Part shown: positions 30,532 through 40,741 of the stretch, piece by piece
How the letters are laid out: every line of letters starts with the position of its first letter
Numbering within the stretch: position 1 is the first letter of the stretch
Source: an uncultured Bacilli bacterium
GTDB lineage: Bacteria > Bacillota_I > Bacilli_A > RF39 > UBA660
DNA: 64,000 nucleotides
Reading direction: 5' to 3'
NCBI GenBank assembly: GCA_910586295.1
Contig: CAJUGE010000070.1
Coordinates: forward strand, 17,032-81,031
Program-made: the position numbers and the translations under genes
Notes under the pieces: model-generated
The model's input: only the letters and a program-made list of their open reading frames with translations
What the model was told of the DNA's origin: nothing
Databases searched by the model: none

Positions 30532-31827
30532 ATGAAATATAGTTTTGTTAAAGAAATAAGAGAAATGAATTTGCAATTTTATGATTTAAAGAATTTATTG
30601 CTAGTTTTAAGTAATATGGGTGAAAAAGATTTTAAGAGGGTATATAAAAGATTAAAAAATTCAAATAATAGAGATGTGTTTGTTAGTTTAGTTAATAAGT
30701 TAATTTTAAATCAATATGGAAGTCTTGATGATGTTTTTAAAATTATGGATAAGTTGGAGCAATTGTCATTTAATGATAATGCTTTAAAGTTAGTTTATGG
30801 AGATTTTATTTATATATATAGAAGTGTAGATGAAATATTAGAATCAATGGATAAGGTTAGTGAAGAAACCGATTTTCTTATGTTTTATGATGTTTATATT
30901 TTACGATATAGAAATCATTCTGAACATATGAAATTAATTGAAAAAGCAAAGTTGTATAGATATAAGTCCTCAATTCTTATGATTGCTAGAGATGAAAATA
31001 TATTGAAAAATAGGTTTTTAGAAGAACAATTACAAATAATGACTATTGTAAAGAAACATAGATGTAATAATAAGGTAATTGATTTATTACGTAATAAATG
31101 TTTATTAGAAAATAGGACATTTGAAGATGTAGAAAATTATGTTTTAGTTTTAAAGAAATATAAATATAGTTCTATTGTATTAGATTTATTAACTAATGAA
31201 GATTTAGTAGTAGGTAGAACTGCTAATGAGCATATAGCTTTAATTGATAAGTTAAGTGAATGTGGTTTTGATTATAGAGCAAGAGAAGTATTGTCATCTG
31301 AGGCTATACTGGAAAATAGAACAAATGAAGAATCATTTAAATTATTAGAACAGGTTGTTTTAAATAATTATAATGCATATATTATGGAGCTTGTTACTGA
31401 CATTAATGTATTAAAAAATAGAAATAATGAAGATTTGCTAAAATTAATAGCAGTTTTAAAAGAGTTAGGTTATGATAGGAATGCTTATGAAATTGCTATA
31501 TCTGAAGTGGTTTTAAAATATAGAGGTGTAGATGAACAAATATTATTAATGAGAAAAATATGTGATACTTTTAGACCTAATATTAATTTATTTATTGCTT
31601 ATGATTTTGTAGCACTTTGTGATATTGGACAGCAATTAATTGCAATAGACACTAATTCTGCTAGTAAAAATATTTTAAACTTTAAAAGTGTTTTAAGTAT
31701 TGTTAGTGATGAGAAAGAGTTAGATGAACTTTTAGGTATTTTAGCTGAATGTGATGATACTAAGGAAATGAAAGTATCTGAAGAATACTTTGCTAGAAAA
31801 TTAAGACAAAGAGATTTACCATTTTAG
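30532..31827 (+). CDS. Hypothetical protein built from about seven tandem alpha-helical repeats of roughly 35 aa
   Basis: Recurring units L(L/K)(E/N)NR(T/N).E(D/E)...L..(V/L)L...GY(D)..A.E; examples include LLENRTFEDVENYVLVLKKYKY, ILENRTNEESFKLLEQVVLNNYNAY and VLKNRNNEDLLKLIAVLKELGYDRNAY. Confidence 0.5.
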   Translation: MKYSFVKEIREMNLQFYDLKNLLLVLSNMGEKDFKRVYKRLKNSNNRDVFVSLVNKLILNQYGSLDDVFKIMDKLEQLSFNDNALKLVYGDFIYIYRSVDEILESMDKVSEETDFLMFYDVYILRYRNHSEHMKLIEKAKLYRYKSSILMIARDENILKNRFLEEQLQIMTIVKKHRCNNKVIDLLRNKCLLENRTFEDVENYVLVLKKYKYSSIVLDLLTNEDLVVGRTANEHIALIDKLSECGFDYRAREVLSSEAILENRTNEESFKLLEQVVLNNYNAYIMELVTDINVLKNRNNEDLLKLIAVLKELGYDRNAYEIAISEVVLKYRGVDEQILLMRKICDTFRPNINLFIAYDFVALCDIGQQLIAIDTNSASKNILNFKSVLSIVSDEKELDELLGILAECDDTKEMKVSEEYFARKLRQRDLPF

Positions 31828-31837
31828 TTTTAAGTCA

Positions 31838-31870
31838 AGTGTATCTTGGCTTTTTGTTTTCTTTTAAATG
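31838..31870 (+). terminator. Rho-independent terminator
   Basis: AGTCAAG-TGTAT-CTTGGCT (7-bp stem with one G-U pair) followed by TTTTGTTTT. Confidence 0.45.
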
Positions 31871-31993
31871 TACTTGAAGAATAGTAAAAAAAATGTTATT
31901 CTTATAATAGGCAAAATAATTGAAATATATTAAAATAACTGTATATTTATTTTATAATTTGTGCTAAAATTGTTTATAGTGAGGTAGTATATT

Positions 31994-32806
31994 ATGGGAA
32001 AGGTTATATCACTTGTAAATCAAAAAGGTGGGGTAGGCAAAACAACCACTAGTATTAACTTAAGCAGCGCTTTAGGACATTTGGGAAAAAAAGTTTTGTT
32101 AATTGACTTTGACCCTCAGAGTAATAGTACTACTGGGATAGGTCTTAATAAGGCTGATATTAATAAAAGTATTTATGATGTTATTATGCATAGTTGTGAT
32201 ATTAAGGAGGCAATACTTAAAACTAAGTTTAAAAACCTTAGTGTTATTCCTTCTATGATATATCTTAGTGGTGCTGAGATGGAGCTTATGCAAAATGCTA
32301 TGACAGAACAAGACTATATAATAGGTGATCAATTAAAATTGCAGATTGATACTATTAGAGATAGATATGATTATATTTTGATAGATTGTCCTCCTACTTT
32401 AGGTGTTTTGACTACTAATGCTTTAGCGGCTAGTGATAGTGTTTTAATACCAGTGCAGTGTGAGTATTATTCACTAGAGGGAGTGACACAGTTACTAAAT
32501 ACAATTCTTCTTACTCAAAGTAAAATTAATCCAAAACTTGATATAGAAGGTGTACTACTAACTATGCTTGATGGTAGAACTTTGGTTGGATTAGAAGTTG
32601 TGGAAGATGTTAGAAAGTTTTTTAAAGAAAAAGTATTTAATACAATTATTCCAAGACTAGTAAGATTAGTTGAAGCACCAAGTCATGGAAAACCAATATT
32701 AGAATATGATCCGAAGTGTAGAGGTGCACTTGCTTACATTAATTTAGCGAAGGAAGTGATTGAAAGAGATGGAAAACAAGAGGAAAGCGCTAGGGAGGGG
32801 GCTTGA
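31994..32806 (+). CDS. parA: Chromosome partitioning ATPase ParA/Soj
   Basis: Deviant Walker A NQKGGVGKTTT, 270 aa. Immediately followed by parB. Confidence 0.9.
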   Translation: MGKVISLVNQKGGVGKTTTSINLSSALGHLGKKVLLIDFDPQSNSTTGIGLNKADINKSIYDVIMHSCDIKEAILKTKFKNLSVIPSMIYLSGAEMELMQNAMTEQDYIIGDQLKLQIDTIRDRYDYILIDCPPTLGVLTTNALAASDSVLIPVQCEYYSLEGVTQLLNTILLTQSKINPKLDIEGVLLTMLDGRTLVGLEVVEDVRKFFKEKVFNTIIPRLVRLVEAPSHGKPILEYDPKCRGALAYINLAKEVIERDGKQEESAREGA

Positions 32807-33656
32807 ACAATTATTTAGTAATGAGGCTTTTAATATAGATGAATTTGAAAAGTCTATAGTAGAGACGACTTCTAAAGAAGATGTTGTTCAAGTTAATTTA
32901 AGTGAATTAAGAAGTAATCCTTATCAACCTAGAAAGGTTTTTGATCCAGAAAAATTAGATGAGCTTACAAGTAGTATTAGAGAATATGGTGTTATTGAAC
33001 CTATTATAGTTAAGAAAAGTATTAAAGGATTTGAGATTGTTGCAGGTGAAAGAAGAAGTTTGGCTGCTAAGAAGGCTGGACTTGAAACTATACCTGCTAT
33101 TGTGCGTGAGTTTACTGATGAAGAAATGATGAGTATAGCAATTTTAGAGAATATTCAAAGAGAAAATTTGAATATTATAGAAGAAGCTATGGCTTATAAG
33201 AATATGTTAGAGAAACTTCATTTAACTCAAGAAGAACTTAGTAAGAAAGTTGGTAAGAGTAGAAGTCATATAACTAATATCTTGGGAATTTTATGTTTGC
33301 CTAAGAGTGTGCAAGATATGGTTTTATCAAATAAGTTAAGTATGGGGCATGCTAGATGTCTTAGTAAACTTAATAATGAAGAGCAAATACTTAATATGGC
33401 TAATAGAGTTGTAGAAGAGAAATTAAGTGTTAGAGATTTAGAAAATGCGCTTAGTGAAGGTGATTTTGAAAAAAAGATAGTTATTAAGAAAAAAGAACCT
33501 AAAGATGAAAGACATGTTCATATTCAGAGAATTATGAGAGAGAAAATAGGTACATTGGTTAAAGTTAATAATAAGAATATAGTTATTCCTTTTGATAGTG
33601 ATAGTGACCTTGAAAGGATACTTGAAATTATTAATATTAATTTAAATGTAGATTAG
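32760..33656 (+). CDS. parB: Chromosome partitioning protein ParB/Spo0J
   Basis: N-terminal KRKALGRGLEQLF, the ParB box GERR (VAGERRSLAAKKAG), and an HTH. The start overlaps the parA 3' end (the true start may be the ATG at 32769). Confidence 0.9.
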   Translation: MKEMENKRKALGRGLEQLFSNEAFNIDEFEKSIVETTSKEDVVQVNLSELRSNPYQPRKVFDPEKLDELTSSIREYGVIEPIIVKKSIKGFEIVAGERRSLAAKKAGLETIPAIVREFTDEEMMSIAILENIQRENLNIIEEAMAYKNMLEKLHLTQEELSKKVGKSRSHITNILGILCLPKSVQDMVLSNKLSMGHARCLSKLNNEEQILNMANRVVEEKLSVRDLENALSEGDFEKKIVIKKKEPKDERHVHIQRIMREKIGTLVKVNNKNIVIPFDSDSDLERILEIININLNVD

Positions 33657-33663
33657 GTGGAGT

Positions 33664-33858
33664 ATGAAATACGAACTTGGAAGTATAGTAATAATGAAGA
33701 AAGCTCATCCTTGTGGTGAAAATTTGTGGAAGGTTATTAGACTTGGTGTAGATATTAAACTTGAGTGTGTTAAGTGTGGAAGAACAATAATGATGGATAG
33801 AATAGAATTTGAAAGAAAACTAAAGAAAGTGGTGGAAGATGAAAAAAAAGAGATTTAA
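33664..33858 (+). CDS. DUF951-family small protein
   Basis: 64 aa, with the spacing GSIVIMKKAHPCGENLWKVIRLG...CVKCGR. It sits downstream of parB, as its Bacillus counterparts do. Confidence 0.5.
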   Translation: MKYELGSIVIMKKAHPCGENLWKVIRLGVDIKLECVKCGRTIMMDRIEFERKLKKVVEDEKKEI

Positions 33859-35368
33859 TCCTATATTTATTTTTATTATAATGACGTTTGTTACAATACT
33901 ACTTAGTTTTGTTTTATCTCTTTTTAATTTGCAAGCTGAATACAGTACAGTTAATTCATATACTAATACTTTGCAAAATAATGTTATTCAAGTTGAGAAT
34001 TTATTTAGTGGCACTGGTATTAAGTATATTATTTCTAATACAGTTAGTAATTTTGTTGATTTTGCTCCACTTAGTACTTTGATTATTATATTAATAGGCA
34101 TTGGAGTTTTGGAAAAGTCAGGTTTTGCTAAAACATTCTTTACCTTGATTACTCAAAATTTTAGAAAGAATAGTATAACTTTTGCTTTGATTCTTATTAG
34201 TATTCTTGCAAGTTTGTTTGGAGAAATTGGTTTTGTTTTATTATTACCTATAGGCGCTATGTTGTTTAAGTATGGACATAGACATCCATTTGGAGGAATT
34301 ATTGCTTCTTTTGCAGGAATGTGTTTTGGATATGGAATAAATATTTTTATGTCTAGTACTGATAGTAGTTTATTAAGTTTTACTTTATCTGCAGCAAGAG
34401 TAATTGATACTGACTATGTTGTTGGTCAATATTTTTCTTTGTTTTTTATGATTGTTGCTATAATTGCAGCTTCAATTGTTATGACAAGAGTGACAGAAAA
34501 AACTATTATGCCTAAGTTAGGTAAATATGAGTTTGATGAAGTTGAAACTTTAGATAAGGTTATATTTACTAATAGAGAATTAAGAGGGTTAGTAGTAGGT
34601 ATTGGGGCGGCTTTATTATATATATTAGCTGTAGTTTATATGATAGTACCTGGTCTGCCTTTTAGTGGTGGTCTTTTGGATTCTAATGGAACTTTTTACA
34701 TTGATAAGCTTTTTGGTGTTAATTCTTTATTTAGTCAAGGCTTTGTGTTTATAATAACTTTTCTTTTCATAGTGATTGGCTTATCATATGGGTTTATGGC
34801 AAAGACTCTAAAAACTAATCAGGATGTTAGTGATTGTTTATCATATTCTTTGGATGGGGTTGGTAGCATATTAGTTTTAATTTTTGTTTCTAGTTTGTTT
34901 ATTAGCACTTTTCAAAAGAGTAATATAGGATTGGTTGTTGTAGCACTTTTATCTCAATTAATGAATGTATTTAATTTTTCTGGGATAGGGTTAGTAATTT
35001 TATTATTTATTATTTCTATTATTGCTGGACTCTTTTATACAGGTTTAGTTTCAAAGTGGCAAGTTATGAGTGGACAAGTAGTACCTGCTTTGATGAATGC
35101 TAGTGTAAGCCCAGAATTTGCTCAGATAGTATATGTTGGAGGTTCTAGTTTGTCACTTGCTTTTACTCCAATTATGTTGTATTATGTAATTTATGTTGCT
35201 TATATGGAGAAATATGATAAGAGTAATCAAGTAACACTTACTAAGTCATTTAGTTATATGAGAAGTTATGGAGCAACAATGATAGTTCTTTGGATACTTT
35301 TGATATTAGGCTTTTATATATCAGGTCTTCCAATTGGTATAGGAAGTACACCTAGTTTGTCATTTTAA
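33839..35368 (+). CDS. AbgT-family transporter (p-aminobenzoyl-glutamate transporter family)
   Basis: NFVDFAPLSTLIIILIGIGVLEKSG, GHRHPFGGIIASFAGMCFGYG and ARVIDTDYVV match conserved AbgT blocks. 509 aa and polytopic. Confidence 0.6.
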   Translation: MKKKRFNPIFIFIIMTFVTILLSFVLSLFNLQAEYSTVNSYTNTLQNNVIQVENLFSGTGIKYIISNTVSNFVDFAPLSTLIIILIGIGVLEKSGFAKTFFTLITQNFRKNSITFALILISILASLFGEIGFVLLLPIGAMLFKYGHRHPFGGIIASFAGMCFGYGINIFMSSTDSSLLSFTLSAARVIDTDYVVGQYFSLFFMIVAIIAASIVMTRVTEKTIMPKLGKYEFDEVETLDKVIFTNRELRGLVVGIGAALLYILAVVYMIVPGLPFSGGLLDSNGTFYIDKLFGVNSLFSQGFVFIITFLFIVIGLSYGFMAKTLKTNQDVSDCLSYSLDGVGSILVLIFVSSLFISTFQKSNIGLVVVALLSQLMNVFNFSGIGLVILLFIISIIAGLFYTGLVSKWQVMSGQVVPALMNASVSPEFAQIVYVGGSSLSLAFTPIMLYYVIYVAYMEKYDKSNQVTLTKSFSYMRSYGATMIVLWILLILGFYISGLPIGIGSTPSLSF

Positions 35369-35383
35369 ATAGGAGGGGATTTT

Positions 35384-36484
35384 ATGGCACTTAAGGCAGG
35401 AATTATAGGTATGCCCAATGTTGGGAAGAGTACACTTTTTAATGCAATAACTAAAAAAAATATTTTGGCAGCAAATTATCCTTTTGCAACTATAGATCCG
35501 AATTTAGGCACTGTTACAGTCCCAGATAAGAGGTTGTCAGTTTTAGAAGATATGTATGTTCCAGAGAGAACCATTCCCACTCAGTATGAGTTTACTGATA
35601 TTGCAGGTCTTGTTAAGGGAGCTTCTTCTGGTGAGGGACTTGGAAATAAATTTTTAAGTCATATAAGAGAAGTAGATGCAGTTATTCATGTAGTTAGATG
35701 TTTTGAAGATAAGGATATTATACATGTTGAGGGTAGTTTAGATCCAATAAGAGATATTGAAATTATAAATTTAGAACTTGCTATAAGTGATATGGAGATT
35801 GTTAGTAATAGGTTAGACAGAATTACTAAGAAAGCTCAAACTAGTAATGATAAAGTTGCTTTGAAGGAAGTTGGCATTTTAAGTCGTTGTAAGGATCATT
35901 TGGCTGGTGGTGGTGCTCTTAGGGATTTGGAGTTTACAGATGATGAGCTTGAAGTTATTAAGGCATTTAATTTTATTACTCTTAAACCTATGATTTATTT
36001 AGCAAATGTTAATGAGATGGATTTGGTTATGAATAATAATGAATATATTGATAGTGTTAGAGAATATGCTAGTAATCATGCATGTGAAGTAGTCTTAATG
36101 TGTACTAAGATAGAGAGTGAGCTTGCAGAGCTTGAAGATAGTGATAGAAAAGTATTTTTAGAAGAATTAGGTATAAAAGAGAGTGGACTTGATCAATTAA
36201 TAAATACTACTTATAAGATATTAGGTCTCAAGACTTTTTTTACTGTTGGTAGTGATGAAGTGCGAGCTTGGACTTTTAGAGATGGAATGAAAGCACCTGA
36301 ATGTGCTGGTATAATTCATACAGATTTTCAAAAAGGTTTTATTAAGGCAGAAGTTATGTCTTATGAAGATTTGATTGAATGTGGTAATGAAGTCAAGGTA
36401 AAAGAAGCTGGTAAGGTAAGACTTGAAGGAAAGGATTATACTATGCAGGATGGAGATATATGTCATTTTAGATTTAATGTTTAG
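35384..36484 (+). CDS. ychF: Ribosome-binding ATPase YchF
   Basis: G1 GMPNVGKST, a TGS domain at the C-terminus, 366 aa. Sits in the parB...rpsF neighbourhood. Confidence 0.9.
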   Translation: MALKAGIIGMPNVGKSTLFNAITKKNILAANYPFATIDPNLGTVTVPDKRLSVLEDMYVPERTIPTQYEFTDIAGLVKGASSGEGLGNKFLSHIREVDAVIHVVRCFEDKDIIHVEGSLDPIRDIEIINLELAISDMEIVSNRLDRITKKAQTSNDKVALKEVGILSRCKDHLAGGGALRDLEFTDDELEVIKAFNFITLKPMIYLANVNEMDLVMNNNEYIDSVREYASNHACEVVLMCTKIESELAELEDSDRKVFLEELGIKESGLDQLINTTYKILGLKTFFTVGSDEVRAWTFRDGMKAPECAGIIHTDFQKGFIKAEVMSYEDLIECGNEVKVKEAGKVRLEGKDYTMQDGDICHFRFNV

Positions 36485-36573
36485 GGTACTTAGTATCCTT
36501 TTTCTATGACAAGTTTGTTATGTTGTTGTAGCAAAATCAAAGATAAAATGATATAATGTAAGTAAGAGGAGGA

Positions 36574-36927
36574 TTGATTATGAAGAAGTTTTGTTCAAAT
36601 TGTGGAAATGAACTAGTTGAAGGTGCAGATGTATGTACTAAGTGCGGAAAAATGGTTGGTAGTTCTACTGCTCAAACTGGTAGTAAAAATAAGATTGCTG
36701 CTGCTTTACTTGCGTTCTTTTTAGGAACTTTTGGAGCACATAATTTTTATTTAGGTTATACTAGTAAAGCTGTAACTCAGTTAGTATTGACTTTGATTGG
36801 TTATTTCACATTAGTATTTCTCATTGGTTCATTATTTATAATGGCTACTGGAATTTGGGCATTTATTGAATTTATAATGATTTTAACAGGAAGTATTAAA
36901 GATTCTGATGGAAATGCTTTAGTTTAG
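36574..36927 (+). CDS. TM2-domain protein with an N-terminal zinc ribbon
   Basis: CSNCGNEL...CTKCG followed by the two-helix TM2 pattern KIAAALLAFFLGTFGAHNFYLGY. Confidence 0.6.
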   Translation: MIMKKFCSNCGNELVEGADVCTKCGKMVGSSTAQTGSKNKIAAALLAFFLGTFGAHNFYLGYTSKAVTQLVLTLIGYFTLVFLIGSLFIMATGIWAFIEFIMILTGSIKDSDGNALV

Positions 36928-36937
36928 GAGACTTTTT

Positions 36938-37657
36938 ATGATTAAATATTGTGGAGAATGTGGTGCAGATTTAAGAAAGACTAACGGTATATGCAAGAAT
37001 TGCGCAAGTAAACATAAGTATAGTTCTGGTGGAGTAATAAATAGAATAAATATCAAAGAAGGTGCAAAGGAAGTTTTAGATAAGTATTTTTGGAAGATAT
37101 TTAAAGCAAGTTTTTTTGTCTATGTTATTATGGCTTTATCTATGTTATTAGTGGATAAGCTACTTGATTCAAAAACTTTGATGTATGATGTTGCATCTTT
37201 ATTTAGAGTTTTTATATTTATGCCATTGTCTGTTGGTTTAATAAGGTACATTCTAAAAATAATTAGAGATGAGGAAGTAAAATTTGATGAAATTTTTGTA
37301 TATTACGATAGACGAATATTTATAGTCTTTGGGGTAGGTTTCTTAGTCTCTTTGATTAGTGTATTATGGGCATTCCTGTTTATAGTGCCAGGTGTTATAG
37401 CATATTTATCTTATTCATTTTGTAATTATATTTTAGTAGATAATGATGATATGAATGTTATGGAAATACTTGCAGAAAGTAAAAGACTTACAGATGGTTA
37501 TAAGGGAGATATTTTCTTATTTATTTTAAGTTTTGTGGGTTGGTATTTGTTATCAATATTTACTTTCGGTATAGTATTTATATATGTTATTCCATATTCT
37601 GCTGTTTCTTATGCAATGTATTATGAAGAGTTAAAGAGACTTAAACAAGAAAAATAA
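36938..37657 (+). CDS. Membrane protein with an N-terminal zinc ribbon (DUF975-like)
   Basis: CGECGADL...CKNCAS, then four to five transmembrane helices. Same zinc-ribbon-plus-membrane architecture as its neighbour. Confidence 0.4.
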   Translation: MIKYCGECGADLRKTNGICKNCASKHKYSSGGVINRINIKEGAKEVLDKYFWKIFKASFFVYVIMALSMLLVDKLLDSKTLMYDVASLFRVFIFMPLSVGLIRYILKIIRDEEVKFDEIFVYYDRRIFIVFGVGFLVSLISVLWAFLFIVPGVIAYLSYSFCNYILVDNDDMNVMEILAESKRLTDGYKGDIFLFILSFVGWYLLSIFTFGIVFIYVIPYSAVSYAMYYEELKRLKQEK

Positions 37658-37699
37658 GAATTATAAAAAAATATTGTATCAGATATAGATACGATATTT

Positions 37700-39109
37700 T
37701 TAGTTTGGTAGAGCTATCGTGTATGGATTATTCCCACTGCCATCCCCTCCAGTTACTAGTACATTAGACACGAGAGAGACTACTGGGCGAACAACACCCT
37801 TAGTAGACACAGATGTGTCTACTAAGCGGCCAGGATTGCCAATATGCACAATGAATATAAGTGTGCTGATAGTACTGTGGAAGTAAGATGGGCTCATTGT
37901 CCACCAGTAACGTATTCCAGTTGAACTTCCACCTTCTGTATTCAAGTAATAATATGCACTTTCATTATTAACATCATATAATCCTCCAGCATATGAAACC
38001 TCATCTGCTGTCATTAATCCGAAATTATAGAATCTATCTGCTTCATTTCTACATTCATATGTGGGTCTCTTATTTGTTATTAGTCTTGTATATGCTGCAT
38101 AGTAGAATTGATTACTTGTACTGTATGCTCCATTTTCTCCTCTATCATTACAATATATAGCATTAGTATCTATATAATTTGAATATGACGAAGCAATATT
38201 TGAATTATACCATGTTTCTACTGCTGCATAAGCATTACTCTTAGTAGCATTTTCTCTATTTGTTGATAGACTATCTCCCTTAGTATACTGCCATCCTACA
38301 TATTGCGGATGGTTATATTCTCCATTCACACTATATGTTTGTGCGCTTTCTATATATCCATCTTCTCCTCCACTTCCTGCATATAGTAGTCTTACACTTC
38401 CGTTTCCATTGATTCTGATTATTCTCCATAAACTTCCTGCAAAGCTTACCCAGTTATTTGGATTTCCTGTAAAGTAATAACTTGTTCCGCTAAATGAACC
38501 ACTTGCATTATAGTCTTTTGCTTCATGCAGTGCTGCCTCAGTATATATACTAATAAATGAACTTCTTGTTCCACTACTAGGATATGCTGCTTTTATTATG
38601 CCTGCCAACGTTTTATCTTCTAATACAATATTACAAGTTTGATTTGATGTCATATTTTCTACTATCACTTTATTATCTTCTATTCTAGCTTTACATCCTG
38701 TTACATTTTGTATTGGTGAAGTTGAATATATGATAACAGTTCCATTATTTACGGTGGTCTTTGAGCTGCTATCTAAGTTTTGTGGAACATTAGAAGTGAC
38801 TGTTACTCTATACCCAGGTGTATTTACATCTTTAGTAAAATCTACTGTACATCTATCATTACTCTTAATATTAGTTAATTCTACTTCCCAGTTATCATTA
38901 TCCCACATCATATCTGAATCATTATCACATACGATTTTATTGACAATGTATCCTTCTTCTTTAGTCGGCTTTTCTAAAGCTACTTCCCCGTCAATTGTAT
39001 AACTTAACATACCATTAGTTTCTAAAGTATTTTCATTTTCTTCTTTATTACATCCAGTAATTACTATTAATATAGTTAGTAAAGTAATTAAAATAATTTT
39101 AATTTTCAT
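37700..39109 (-). CDS. Lipoprotein, paralog B of 1332..2747
   Basis: Lipobox ITGCNKE. Long stretches are near-identical to paralog A (ETNGML.YTIDGEVA.EKPTKE.GY.VNKIVCDN..DMMWDNDNWEVELT; NWVSFAG.LWR.IRINGNGSVRLLYAG; FGLMTADEV.AGG; GGDGSG.NPYT). Confidence 0.6.
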   Translation of the reverse strand: MKIKIILITLLTILIVITGCNKEENENTLETNGMLSYTIDGEVALEKPTKEEGYIVNKIVCDNDSDMMWDNDNWEVELTNIKSNDRCTVDFTKDVNTPGYRVTVTSNVPQNLDSSSKTTVNNGTVIIYSTSPIQNVTGCKARIEDNKVIVENMTSNQTCNIVLEDKTLAGIIKAAYPSSGTRSSFISIYTEAALHEAKDYNASGSFSGTSYYFTGNPNNWVSFAGSLWRIIRINGNGSVRLLYAGSGGEDGYIESAQTYSVNGEYNHPQYVGWQYTKGDSLSTNRENATKSNAYAAVETWYNSNIASSYSNYIDTNAIYCNDRGENGAYSTSNQFYYAAYTRLITNKRPTYECRNEADRFYNFGLMTADEVSYAGGLYDVNNESAYYYLNTEGGSSTGIRYWWTMSPSYFHSTISTLIFIVHIGNPGRLVDTSVSTKGVVRPVVSLVSNVLVTGGDGSGNNPYTIALPN

Positions 39110-39205
39110 AGATTTCCTTTCTACCTCTTACTTAAAAATGATATCATAATGTTATCATTTTGTAAATATCTTATTTTATATCATTTTGATATCATTATGT
39201 AATAG

Positions 39206-39400
39206 GTGAAAGTTATGAGAAAATTAGACAATAGGATAGCTACTTTGATAAGAATAGACGAAGAATTATATGAAGATATTAAGTGTTTAGCTGAGAGAGA
39301 TAATAGGAGTATTAATAAGCAAATAGAGTTTATTTTGAAATTATATGTAGAAAAAGAATTAGATGTTTCTAAAGATAATGATAAACTTAACCAAGAATGA
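39206..39400 (+). CDS. Ribbon-helix-helix (CopG/Arc-like) DNA-binding protein
   Basis: 64 aa. RIATLIRIDEELYEDIKCLAERDNRSINKQIEFILKLYV shows the beta-strand, helix, helix pattern of RHH proteins. Confidence 0.45.
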   Translation: MKVMRKLDNRIATLIRIDEELYEDIKCLAERDNRSINKQIEFILKLYVEKELDVSKDNDKLNQE

Positions 39401-39442
39401 GAATTATTGGTTTTACCTTTTACTTTTTTGCATAGAATTTCC

Positions 39443-39471
39443 TAGACAAAGGAATTTTTATTTGTTATAAT
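39443..39471 (+). promoter_or_regulatory. Promoter for rpsF-ssb-rpsR (TAGACA-N17-TGnTATAAT)
   Basis: Extended -10 TGTTATAAT at 39463-39471, about 70 nt upstream of rpsF. Confidence 0.4.
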
Positions 39472-39543
39472 ACGTTCGTAAGAGCAAAAGCTCCTTGCTT
39501 CTTAATAATTTAGGAAGCCGATAGACCAAAGGGAGGTGAAATA

Positions 39544-39831
39544 ATGAATAAGTATGAGATTATGTTCATTGTAAGAGCTGATATTACAGAGGATGAAGTT
39601 AAAGAAACTGTTAAGTCTTTTGAGAAAATTTTGACTGATTTGGGTGCTAAGATTGATAATTCTAAGGATTTAGGTCAAAAGAAGTTAGCTTATGAAATAA
39701 AGAAACAAGTTAGAGGATACTATCACTTACTTAATGTTGAATGTAATAGTGATGCTGTTAAAGAATTTGACAGAAAAGCATTAATCGATGAAAAGATTTT
39801 AAGACATTTAATAATAAGAGAGGAAGTGTAG
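39544..39831 (+). CDS. rpsF: 30S ribosomal protein S6
   Basis: MNKYEIMFIVRAD...YHLLNVEC. 95 aa. Confidence 0.9.
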   Translation: MNKYEIMFIVRADITEDEVKETVKSFEKILTDLGAKIDNSKDLGQKKLAYEIKKQVRGYYHLLNVECNSDAVKEFDRKALIDEKILRHLIIREEV

Positions 39832-39832
39832 T

Positions 39833-40318
39833 ATGAATAAAGTAATACTAGTAGGAAGACTTACTAGGGATCCAGAAGTTAGAACTATGCCTAATGGAAA
39901 TCCAGTTGCTTCATTTTCTTTGGCAATTAATAGACCATTTAAGAATAAAGATGGAAATGTCGATGCGGATTTTATTAATGTTTCTATATTTGGAAGACAA
40001 GCTGAGAATGTTGGGAAGTATGTTACTAAAGGAAGTTTAGTTGGTTGCGAAGGAAGAATACAAACTAGAAGTTATGATGCTCAAGATGGTAGCAAGAGAT
40101 ATGTTACTGAGGTTATAGCAGATAATGTTGAATTTATGAGTAGTAGTAGGAATAACCCTAATAATGGCCAGACTCCTGTTAGTGCTTATGTTGATACAAC
40201 TAGTTCAGTTTATATGGATGAGCCAAGTCCTGAAATTGGCGTAGATGTTTCTACAGAGGATCCTTTTAAGAATTTTGGCAGTGAAGTTTCATTAAGTGAT
40301 GATGATTTACCATTTTAA
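39833..40318 (+). CDS. ssb: Single-stranded DNA-binding protein
   Basis: OB-fold MNKVILVGRLTRDPEVR. Acidic C-terminal tail DDDLPF. Confidence 0.9.
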   Translation: MNKVILVGRLTRDPEVRTMPNGNPVASFSLAINRPFKNKDGNVDADFINVSIFGRQAENVGKYVTKGSLVGCEGRIQTRSYDAQDGSKRYVTEVIADNVEFMSSSRNNPNNGQTPVSAYVDTTSSVYMDEPSPEIGVDVSTEDPFKNFGSEVSLSDDDLPF

Positions 40319-40342
40319 TATTTAAAGTTAGGAGGAAATATA

Positions 40343-40558
40343 ATGAAGGATTTTTATCCAAGAAAGAAAAAAATTTGTCAGATGTGTGCTGGTAAAAGCG
40401 TAGATTATAAAGATGTACCTATAATACTTAAGTATATAAATGAAAAGGGTAGAATTTTACCTAAGAGAATGACAGGCGCTTGTGCTAAGCATCAAAGATA
40501 TATTGCAATGCAAGTTAAAAGAGCAAGATTTATGGGATTGATTCCATTTGTAAAATAG
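40343..40558 (+). CDS. rpsR: 30S ribosomal protein S18
   Basis: VDYKDVPIILKYINEKGRILPKRMTG...RARFMGLIPF. Confidence 0.9.
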   Translation: MKDFYPRKKKICQMCAGKSVDYKDVPIILKYINEKGRILPKRMTGACAKHQRYIAMQVKRARFMGLIPFVK

Positions 40559-40581
40559 CATTTAGTTGTGCTATTTTTTTA
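40555..40581 (+). terminator. Rho-independent terminator after rpsR
   Basis: ATAGCA-TTTAGTTG-TGCTAT followed by TTTTTTT. Confidence 0.55.
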
Positions 40582-40741
40582 TTGCTTTAAATGGTTAATT
40601 TTAGAATTTATTAAAAGAAAATCTTTATAATTATCTATTTTTTTAATAAAAAGTTAAGAATTATATAAGAAAATTTTAAAAAACGTTTTTTTGTTTTTAA
40701 GTATAATTAATCTATGATAATTGTAAAGTGGTGATTTTTTA

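Noticed and set aside
14025-39490. The shared 12-mer CGTAAGAGCAAA downstream of yihY (near 14030) and in the rpsF leader (near 39478)
   Set aside because: It is too short to distinguish from chance in 64 kb of AT-rich DNA, and there is no extended similarity around it.
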